Made by a program: the position numbers and the translations under genes
Notes under the pieces: model-generated
Databases searched by the model: none
What the model saw: only the letters and a program-made list of their open reading frames with translations
What the model was told of the DNA's origin: nothing
Shown: piece after piece, positions 13,136 to 35,487 of the stretch
How positions within the stretch are numbered: the stretch's first letter is position 1
Layout of the letters: every line of letters starts with the position of its first letter
Assembly (NCBI GenBank): GCA_964016885.1
Contig: OZ024741.1
Span: forward strand, 268,460,001 to 268,524,000
From: Eledone cirrhosa
Lineage: Eukaryota
DNA: 64,000 nt
Direction: 5' to 3'

Positions 13136-14063
13136 CTAGCAGAAAACCACCCGGTGGGCGGTTTTCTGCTAGCAAATCTAGTGTATATACTGATATTGTT
13201 GAGATTTGGATGAGAAATGTTTTCGGCACCACATGTTCACCGTCTCTCGGTGTATCTTTTATGCATGTATAAATATATATGTTATCTATATGGTGAAATC
13301 TTTGAAATAAATATATGTTAAAACGAAAAAGGAGAAAATAAATAACTGGCGGTTAGAAAAAAATATTCCTATGAAATTTTAATCATACCATTAGGTATGA
13401 ATAAGGAAATATTTTTTTTATTGTCAAAACAAATGTTCAAAAGTTAAACTTCAATTTTTTGAATTATTTCCAATTTTTTCATGAAATTGAACACTGGACA
13501 TTGGCTGCTGGAAATGGAAATTAAATCGTATTTAATTGTATTTAAATTTCTAACCTTATTTTATTATTTATATTTTTTCAATAAGAAATAAAAAAAAACA
13601 ACAAAAAAAATTGAAGAAAAAAATTGAACAAATCAAACGTAGGTTATGGAACTGCGCAATCTGATTAATAAATTACCTCATCAGCAGCAACCTTCTTCAA
13701 ATGGTCCTTATTATCAGCAGCAACAACCACAAATTCAATGGCAACCTTCTTCAAACCACAAATTCAATGGCAACCTTCTTCGCATGCTGTCAAGTCAGAA
13801 CCGCCTCGAACTGGTTACTTCTGGCTTGTGCAAGGTGTCTCTATAGCAACCAGCGATTCCCTCGGCCTCAGTGACCAAAGTCAGTGGAGAGGGGAAGGTA
13901 ATGTTTCTATAGCATGTGTTTTAGCGTCCATTCACTCTCTCTCCCTCCCGCTATCCCCCTCTCGTAGTCTGTCTCTTTCTTTCACTCTCACTCTCTCTCT
14001 ACGCACGTGTTTCCACTGTCGGATAGACAGACAGAGAAATTGCTGGTTATATATATAAGTAGA
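13136..14063 (-). mobile_element. Non-autonomous Helitron, family 2
   Basis: Minus strand begins A|TCTACTTATATA at 14063 and ends in the hairpin CTAGCAGAAAACC..GGTTTTCTGCTAG with terminal CTAG at 13136. Confidence 0.75.
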
Positions 14064-16204
14064 TATATATTGTCATTAGATTATCATTAAGTCTAGATTA
14101 ACTTTCCCCCTTTTTTATTTTTACTATATTTCTAATGAAAGATAATGTTTATGGTTTTCAGATAATTTTGAAAATAATCAAGAATTTTGAGGAATTTAGT
14201 ATAACTAACTTTCTTATTCTAAGCTGGTGTTTGAAACGTAACTTAACAAAGGTTCTTACATAAAATTATGATAGAAAATTTGTTTGTTTTAAAGTGTTTA
14301 TCTAAAAACTTTCTATCATAAAATAAAGGATGGTTTGGTATCAAGAATTAGATGTACTGGATCATTAGTTACTGGAAAATTGGTGTGTCTGTACCTGTTG
14401 ACTTCTTAGCTTAACCTATAAACAGCTCCACATATATCCATATCATGAAACAACTTCATATACCAAATTAGTGCCTTCATCATTTTAACTACAATGTAAT
14501 CTAATTTGTAATTTGTTAAACCCTTTCATAGTTGTTCCCTCCCCAAAATGGTGTTGTCAGGGCATCAAATTATGGGAACTGACAGATAAGTGAGAATAGC
14601 CCAAAGATCTGGTAAGCTAGAGATGGCTTGTGTGAGTGTAAGTCACACACACACACACAAAAAAATAGACAGAAGATTTCATATCAAATCTTGACACTAA
14701 CAACCACACCCTTGTTGAGTGACTTTTCAATATTGGAAATGTAATGAGTTCAAGTTCTTAGTATCCCCCTGCCAATTGTCATCTAGCCCTTCTTTGTCGG
14801 TCTATAGGCTGAAAATCACAAGATGACAAATTAATGGTTACTCTTTTATAGTTCTCTTATTAAAGAGTGATGGAAACACCAGGCATTCTAGGCCTCTGAA
14901 CCTCCTCCCTACAACAATCAGGATGGAGATCGTTATCTGACGATTGGCCCTTTCAGTGCATCTCTCTCGCCATTCTTCAGGACCATGGAACATTTACATA
15001 GCACAATGGGATTTCTTTTGTTCATTGTATTTACAAAAAGAAAAAAAAAATTTGAAAGATAAAGAAAAAAAAAGCAACATAAAGAAAATTATATTTAAAA
15101 AATTAAAATTAAGAAAAAAAAATTTACTGTTTTTGTATGGCAAAATAATTTTTGTTAGTCGAGATGTTAATACCTTGCATCAGCAGTGTCTTGTTCTTCA
15201 TTAGTCTTTGACTTCTCAATCTGTTTTTGTTGAATACTCTTTATTTCTGTAAAGGTGTGTGGCCTAGTGGTTAGGATGTTGGACTTGACAGCAGTTGTAC
15301 AATAGTACAGTAAAGCCATGGGAAAGCATAAAAAAAAAATTATGACTTGGAATGACTTGAAATAAGGCAGCAAAGAAAAATATCAATTAGCTAGACTAGG
15401 TTTACATAGCTTGAAGAGAAGTTGAAAGCAAAAGGTTTGGTGAATGAGAATATCAAACGCATGAGAGATTCGAGACCCCCCCCCCCCCCCCAAAAAAAAA
15501 TCATGCTTGTGTATATTATAAAAAGATAATTAAAAAAAGCCCGACTCATGTTTCTTTGGACTAATATTTATGTCTTGACATCATGACACTGATAAATGAC
15601 AGATTTTTTTTATTGTGTGTGTGAGAGTTTTGGGTGGGGGTTCACATTTTATCAAAAACAAAAGAAAAAAAAAGCAAAACAAATAACCAATTTCTAAGTG
15701 ACTGAAAGCTGAATAAGCTTTTGTAGGATTGATTGATGGAATAAATATATGAATGTCTGACATTTCAACCACCACTATGTTATGAATGAAGCAATATAAC
15801 ATAGTTATTGCATAGTTCTTCCAACGTCACCAACTCTGTCTATTAAACCTGTCATCTATATTTAATTACTATCATTAAATATTACACTCTTTTGCTTAAT
15901 GAGTGTGTATATAGTCTGTTGGAGCCGCTATAAATAGAAATATAAGCTTATTTGAACACCTCCTCATATTTTAATATATTTAAATTGTCATAATGTTCAG
16001 AGCCACAGTATATTTACTAAGACATCTATTAACCTTAAGTAATTAATATGTCATATATTAATATCATATATAGCATGTTTTATCTGTTTATCTCATTTAG
16101 AATGCTAAAAATATTTTTATTGAATAAAATTTTGAATTGAGATTGTGACTATTTCTTCTATCTCCCTACCTGTATGTCTGTCTGTATCTATCCATCTATC
16201 TATC

Positions 16205-16420
16205 TATCATTTAATGTCTGCTTTTCTATGCTGGCTTGGGTTGTCACAGACCAAATCAATGTATCTCACATATGTTGTAGCACTTGACTGAGTGCATTGG
16301 CTGCATTTTATCATGGCACCGGCACTAGAGAAGTTGTTGTCCTTGAGACAACTGAAGTGGTCTCTTAACCCTTTTTGTCATGCTTTCTACAGCTGAATGT
16401 TCTTTCTCATGCCAACAAGG
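16205..16420 (-). mobile_element. Decayed RTE 3'-UTR or SINE tail
   Basis: tttaatgtctgcttttctatgctggcttgggttg and ttctacagctgaatg match the reverse complement of the RTE 3' UTR at 31590-31740. Confidence 0.55.
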
Positions 16421-16493
16421 TTAACACGCACGCACACACACGCACGCACGCACGCACGCGCGTGTGTGTATTTGTGTATGTATATATATATAT

Positions 16494-16743
16494 TCGTAGA
16501 ATAATGGGAAGGACTCAATGCAAGGAAGCTGTTGAAACAGCAAAATGACGGCGTCTGGTAAAATTTACCTCAAGGGATAGAAATCAGCGACTAGAAGTGT
16601 ATTGGCCCGCAGAAGTGATAGGAGAAAAGGAAGGAAAATGGAGGGGCATCGACAGCATTTTGCTATTTCCTTGTGTTGAGTTTTTCCTATTCTATGAATT
16701 CTAATATACTCCGGCTTGAAACCTGATATTCGAGATAAATTTG

Positions 16744-16748
<5 letters not shown>
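16494..16748 (-). mobile_element. Possible Penelope-like 3'-end/pseudo-LTR fragment
   Basis: Unique island between TA tracts; with one frameshift it reads [17 protein letters not shown], like the LNxRxExxxxCRH tail of PLE GIY-YIG domains. Confidence 0.4.
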
Positions 16749-18621
<1,873 letters not shown>

Positions 18622-20260
18622 TTGGACGGGGTGTATTTTGTTAGAGATGCCTACTGGCAAGGCGGGTCTTCTCTGTTACTGAGTACCGCCAAAGGTCTCG
18701 GTCCAGTGACATTGTCTTGGAGAGGTGTAAGTGTGTGAGGTCGGAGTTTATCAGCTCGTCCCAGGTTTTTCTAGGTCTGCCTATTCCGTGGCTACCGTCT
18801 ATCTTTATTGCCCTGCACTTTGTTATACAGCTATCGACTTTCATGCGCATCACGTGTCCATACCAACGTAGCCTTCTCTCGAGTAAACAACATCTGATCC
18901 CTCTTATCTCTAATTTTTTCCTTAGTTCGTTTATGCTTTGCCGTTCACGTATATTACTGTTACACATCCAGCGGAGCATGCAAGCTTCGTTCCTCTCTAG
19001 TCTGCGTATATCCTCTGCACACAATGCCCAGGTCTCACTGCCATGCAACATTGCTGTTCATATGCAGGCATCGTACAACCTGCCTTTCATTTTTAGGGAG
19101 AACCCTTTAGCAGCTAATAGTGGTATAAGCTCTCTGAACTTTTTCCAACCAGTTCTGACTCTAGCTACAGTACTTTCAGAGCACCCTCCCCCACTGCTGA
19201 TTTTATCGCCCAGGTAACGGAAGCTGTCCACTATTTCTATAGAACCCTCTGCGCAATTGAAAGAGCTAGTATTTTGTGGGCACTTGCTGCTACTTATTGC
19301 ACCAGAACACCGGCCACATGTAAAATCTATGTTCTTAGTTAGCTTACCTGTGATCCCACTACATCTTTTATGCACCCATACTTTGCATTTAGGACATAAA
19401 ATGGAGTTTCTACCTACGCCTTTCCTACACACCGAGCACGACCATTTCCCAGAAGGGACCGCCGCCTTGTTTTCTTTCCTACAAACTAGAACTTTGGTCT
19501 TAGCCAGGTTAATTTTAAGTCCTTTTGACTCTAGGCCGTGCTTCCATGTTTGGAATTTCTTCTCTAGCTCGGCCATTGATTCCACTATGAGTGTCAGGTC
19601 GTCTGCGTATAGGAGTTCCCATGGGCAGCCTGTCTTGAACTCCTCTGTTATAGCCTGAAGGGCAATAATAAATAGTAGGGGGCTGAGAACAGAGCCCTGA
19701 TGGACGCCAACTTTTACGCTAAACTCTTCACTATATTCGTTGTTAATTCTAACCTTGCTGACTGTTTCTTTATACATGGCTTGTATAGCCCTCACAAGCC
19801 ATTCGTCAACGCCTAGTTTTCTAAGAGCCCACCAGATAATGGAGCGGGGGACTCTGTCGAAGGCTTTCTCCAAGTCGACAAAAGCTAAGTAGAGGGGTTT
19901 ACCTTTAGCTAGGAACTTCTCCTGTAGTTGTCGTACTATGAAAAGAGCGTCTGTGGTACTTTTGCTTGACACAAACCCGAACTGCATTTCATCTAGGTCA
20001 ATTCTCTCTCTGATTAGTTGCGCTATTACTTTTTCCGTGACCTTCATGACCTGGTCGATTAATTTAATGCCTCTATAGTTACTCCTATCTAGGGCGTCTC
20101 CTTTACCCTTATAACAGTTAACGATGATGCTGCTATGCCAGTCCTTCGGAACAACCCCATTCTGTACGACATGGTTAACTATGCGAGTGACCATGGTGTG
20201 TCCCACCGTGCCAGATGCCTTCAGCATCTCAGCAACTATTTCCGAAGGCCCAGCCGCCTT
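18622..20260 (-). mobile_element. RTE-clade LINE RT region, truncated at both ends, one nonsense codon
   Basis: [71 protein letters not shown]; TGA at 19058-19060 where the paralog has CGA; both ends abut (TA)n. Confidence 0.97.
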
Positions 20261-20308
20261 TATATATATGTATATATGTATATATATATATATATGTATA
20301 TATATATG

Positions 20309-20361
<53 letters not shown>

Positions 20362-20396
20362 GTATGTATATATATATATATATGTATATATATATG

Positions 20397-20445
<49 letters not shown>

Positions 20446-20476
20446 GTATATATATATATATATGTATATATATATG

Positions 20477-20529
<53 letters not shown>

Positions 20530-20548
20530 GTATATATGTATATATATA
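20261..20548. repeat. (TA)n/(TATATG)n microsatellite
   Basis: Direct inspection. Confidence 0.97.
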
Positions 20549-21144
20549 GTTGGTGCTACTGGTAACATGTATTCCAGTACAACCTGTCCCATGGTCGGGT
20601 CGTTGGCGACTAAACTGGCAACCCCACCAAGGTTTCTTGGTGAGGAGGGTGACTTTGGACATCCTGCAGGACTAAAAATAAAACCTGTCAAAAGGCAAAG
20701 GAGCTCTTAAGAGTCAATGGCCATCCAAAATCACCGGGAGAGATGACCCCTAAGCCTTTGTCAAGGCAGAATTCTAGGAGAAGGAAAACTCTGATATAAC
20801 ACCTGCAACCCTGATGGTATCCAATGATGTTGACTTGTTCTTCTTTTTGGTAAATATCATCTTGGTTAAGAGAGTGGGACTGGCTTTGTGCAGTGCCTTT
20901 GCTCACTATAAAAGCTTCACGGCACAGGCATTGCTTTATATCTGGAGATCTCTCTGCATTTGTCGTCACATGGTACCATGGGCCCAGCACTATGCGTCAA
21001 TAATTGTCACAAGTGTAGTGTTTGTACCAGAGCTTTCAAGTCGCTGGCTGGACTAAAAAGTCACACTCGTTCAGCGCATCAGTAGGGGTTCTCCTACATG
21101 GATATAAAGTAGTGGCCGTACTCGAAAACGAGTTGGCAGCCACC
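20549..21144 (+). mobile_element. Short bipartite RTE-derived non-autonomous retroelement (5' UTR-like part plus C2H2-finger 3' end)
   Basis: Contains TCTAGGAGAAGGAAAACTCTGA (recalled as an RTE 5'-UTR motif); 21002-21085 encodes [27 protein letters not shown]; no RT; flanked by (TA)n. Confidence 0.65.
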
Positions 21145-29934
<8,790 letters not shown>

Positions 29935-30134
29935 NNNNNNNNNNNNNNNNNNNNNNNNNNNNNNNNNNNNNNNNNNNNNNNNNNNNNNNNNNNNNNNNNN
30001 NNNNNNNNNNNNNNNNNNNNNNNNNNNNNNNNNNNNNNNNNNNNNNNNNNNNNNNNNNNNNNNNNNNNNNNNNNNNNNNNNNNNNNNNNNNNNNNNNNNN
30101 NNNNNNNNNNNNNNNNNNNNNNNNNNNNNNNNNN
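29935..30134. other. Assembly gap (200 N)
   Basis: Run of N. Confidence 1.
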
Positions 30135-31757
30135 AGGCACCACTGATGCGCTCTTCCTTGTGAGGCAATTACAGGAAAAGTACCTAGCTAAAAGTAAGCC
30201 ACTCTACTTGGCATTTGTCGACCTTGAGAAAGCCTTTGACAGAGTTCCACGTGCAGTAATCTGGTGGGCTCTTAGAAAACTAGGAGTAGATGAATGGCTT
30301 GTGAAAGCGGTACAAGCCATGTATAGGGGAGCAGTCAGCAAAGTTAAGATTGGCAATGAGTATAGCGAGGAATTTAGCGTACAGGTTGGGGTCCACCAGG
30401 GCTCTGTTCTTAGCCCTCTCCTGTTCATCATAGTCCTGCAGGCAATAACGGAGGAGTTTAAGACCGGATGCCCATGGGAACTCCTGTATGCTGATGACCT
30501 CGCACTCATAGCTGAATCTATGGTAGAACTAGAGAATAAATTCCAAACCTGGAAGCAGGGACTAGAGAGAATGGGCCTCAAAGTCAACATGACAAAGACT
30601 AAGGTCCTTGTAAGTAGACGAGAAAACAGAACCCAGATCCCCTCAGGGAAATGGCCTTGCTCAGTATGTAGGAAAGGTGTAGGTAGGAACTCCATTCTCT
30701 GCCCCAAATGCAAACAATGGGTAGACAAGAGATGTAGCGGGATCTCAGGAAGCTTAATTAAGAATGTAGGATTCACATGCAGCAGCTGTGCTGAAACAGC
30801 AAGCAAACAGCCACAGGAAAGAAGTACCACCAATCTCTGGGAGGGCCCTGTAGAAACAGTAGACAACTTCTGCTACCTAGGTGACCGAATTAGCAACGGA
30901 GGTGGGTGCTCAGAAAGTACAATAACTAGGGTAAGAACGGGATGGAAGAAGTTTAGGGAACTACTACCACTGCTAGCTGCAAAAGGCTTCTCCCTCAGAA
31001 TGAAAGGCAGACTGTATGATGCGTGTATCCGAACAGCGATGTTGCATGGTAGTGAGACCTGGGCGCTGAAGGTGGAAGACTTACGTAGATTAGAGAGAAA
31101 CGAAGCCTGCATGCTCCGATGGATGTGTAACAGTAATATACGTGAACGACAAAGCATAAAGGAATTGAGAGAGAGACTGAGCATAAGAGGAATCAAATGC
31201 TGCGTGCAGGAGAGGCGGTTACGCTGGTATGGACATGTGATGCGTATGAAGGATGACAGCTGCATAAAAAGGTGCAGAGCACTAGAAGTTGATGGAAACC
31301 GCGGAGTGGGGAGACCCAAGATGACTCTGGATGAGGTGATAAAAGCCGACCTTACCCAACTACACCTCTCAAAGACAATGACACACGACCGTGACTTCTG
31401 GCGTCACGCAGTAATACAGGGTACCCGACCTCCCATGGGTACATGCTGAAGCATATAAACAATATGCCCCCCACTCCCCCGCAAGGTGGTCGTGGAGGTG
31501 CCACGGCAAAAAAGCACCCAGCCCACACTGTAAAGTGGACGTGTAGGCGCCACGAAAAAGCACCCAGCACTCACTGTAAATGAGGTTGGTGTTAGGAAGG
31601 GCATCCAGCTGTAGAAATCAAGCCAGATCAGTTCCTGTATGAGCAAGGCATGGTCAGCCGACCAGACACTGCCCACAGCAGGACAACCCGTCTAACCCAT
31701 GCTAGCGTGGAAGAACGGACGTAAAACGGTGATGATGATGATGATGATGATGATGAT
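30135..31757 (+). mobile_element. RTE-clade LINE, 3' half, uninterrupted ORF to 31449, 3' UTR and (GAT)n tail
   Basis: [62 protein letters not shown]; tail ...aaacggt(gat)n; the 5' part is lost in the gap. Confidence 0.97.
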
Positions 31758-31984
31758 ATTATATATATATATATATAATATATATTATATATATATATTA
31801 TATATATATATATAATATATATATATATTATATATATATATATTATATAATATATATATATATAATATATATAATATATATATATATATAATATATATAT
31901 ATATAATATATATATATATTATATATTATATATATATATATATTATATATATTATATATATATATATATTATATATATTATATC

Positions 31985-32015
<31 letters not shown>

Positions 32016-32167
32016 TACACTATATATATATAAATATATATTTATTAAAATAACAGATTAAAGTTGCTATATTAAATAAATATTTGCTCTACGGCTCTTA
32101 AATATTCGATATATATTTATCGTTATCGAGACCTCTTTGGATTTTTTGTCTTCAGATTTATTATTAT

Positions 32168-32228
<61 letters not shown>

Positions 32229-32816
32229 ATATATATATATACACACATAATATATATATACACTATATATATATATACACACTATATATATATATATATA
32301 TTATATATATACTATATATATAGTTACATATATGCTACATATATACTATATACATACTATATATATATATATTACATATACACTATATATATATATATTA
32401 TATATATACTATATATATACTATATATATATATTACATATATACTATATATATATTATATATATACTATATATATATATAATATATATACTATATATATA
32501 TATAATATATATACTATATATATCAATATATATATATATACAATATATATACTATATATATAATATATATATTATATATATACTATATATATAATATATA
32601 TATTATATATATACTATATATATATATATATATTATATATATATACTATATATATAATATATATATTATATTTATACTATATATATAATATATATATACT
32701 ATATATATAATATATATACTATATATATAATATATATACTATATATATAATATATATACTATATATAATATATATACTATATATATAAATATATATATAT
32801 ATAATATATATATATA

Positions 32817-32857
<41 letters not shown>

Positions 32858-32883
32858 TATATATATATATATATACTATATAT

Positions 32884-32930
<47 letters not shown>

Positions 32931-33268
32931 TATATATATATACTATATATATACTATATATATTATATATATATATATACTATATATATTATATATATAT
33001 ATACTATATATATTATATATATATATACTATATATATTATATATATATATATAAACTATATATATTATATATATATATATATAAACTATATATATTATAT
33101 ATATATATATATACTATATATATTATATATATATATATATACTATATATATTATATATATATATATATATACTATATATATAATATATATATATATACAC
33201 ACTATATATATATTATATATATACTATATATATATTATATATATATATATATATTATATACTATATAT

Positions 33269-33301
<33 letters not shown>

Positions 33302-33648
33302 ATATATATATATATATTATATATATATTATATATATATATATACTATATATTTATATATATTATATATATATTATATATATATATATACTATATATATA
33401 TATATATTATATATATATTATATATATATATATACTATATATATATATATATTATATATATATTATATATATATATATACTATATATTTATATATATTAT
33501 ATATATATTATATATATATATATATATACTATATATATATATATATTATATATATATTATATATATATACTATATATATTATATATATATATATACTATA
33601 TATATTATATATATATATATACTATATATATTATATATATATATATAG

Positions 33649-33679
<31 letters not shown>

Positions 33680-35214
33680 ATATATATATATATACTATAT
33701 ATATTATATATATATATATACTATATATATTATATATATATATATATATAGTATATATATATATACTATATATATAGTATATATATATATATATACTATA
33801 TATATTATATATATATATATAGAATATATATATATACTATATATATAGTATATATATATATATACTATATATATTATATATATATATATAGTATATATAT
33901 ATATACTATATATATAGTATATATATATATATATATATACTATATATATATTATATATATATATATATACTATATATAGTATATATATATATATACTATA
34001 TATATTATATATATATATATATATACTATATATATTATATATATATATATATATATACTATATATATATTATATATATATACTATATATAGTATATATAT
34101 ATATATACTATATATATTATATATATATATACTATATATATTATATATATATACTATATATATATATACTATATATATATACTATATATATATATATACT
34201 ATATATATTATGTATATATATATACTATATATATTATGTATATATATATACTATATATATATTATGTATATATATATACTATATATATTATGTATATATA
34301 TATACTATATATATATTATGTATATATATATACTATATATATATTATGTATATATATATACTATATATATATTATATAGATATATATACTATATATTATA
34401 TATATATATATACTATATATATTATATATATATATATACTATATATATTATATATATATATATACTATATATATTATATATATATATATACTATATATAT
34501 ATTATATATATATATATACTATATATATTATATATATATATATACTTTATATATATATATATATACTATATATATTATATATATATATATACTATATATA
34601 TATTAAATATATATATATATACTATATATATATATATATAATATATATATATACTATATATATTATATATATATATATACTATATATATATTAAATATAT
34701 ATATATATACTATATATATATAATATATATATATACTATATATATTATATATATATATACTATATATATAATATATATATATATACACTCTATATATATT
34801 ATATATATATATACTATATATATTATATATATATACTATATATATAATATATATATATATACACACTATATACATATATATATATATACACACTATATAT
34901 ATATTATATATATATACACACTATATATATATATATATATATTATATATGTAATCACTATATATATATTATATATATATATACACTATATATATATATTA
35001 TATATATATATACACTATATTATATATATAGACACTATATATATATTATATATATATATATACACTATATATATACACTGTATATATATTATATATATAT
35101 ATATATACACTGTATATATATTATATGTATATATATATATTATATATATATATATACACTATATATATACACTGTATATATATTATATATATATATATAT
35201 ACACTGTATATATA

Positions 35215-35254
<40 letters not shown>

Positions 35255-35279
35255 CATATATATATACACTGTATATATA

Positions 35280-35335
<56 letters not shown>

Positions 35336-35347
35336 CATATATATATA

Positions 35348-35385
<38 letters not shown>

Positions 35386-35404
35386 CATATATATATACAC
35401 TGTA

Positions 35405-35442
<38 letters not shown>

Positions 35443-35487
35443 CATATATATATACACTATATATATATATTATATATGTACTATATA
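31758..35487. repeat. (TA)n-derived array with TACTA/TATTA interruptions and a ~130-bp unique island (32040-32170)
   Basis: Direct inspection. Confidence 0.97.

Noticed and set aside
18717-19658. Antisense ORFs over the RTE copies (also 30204-31319)
   Set aside because: Shadow frames of the LINE RT.
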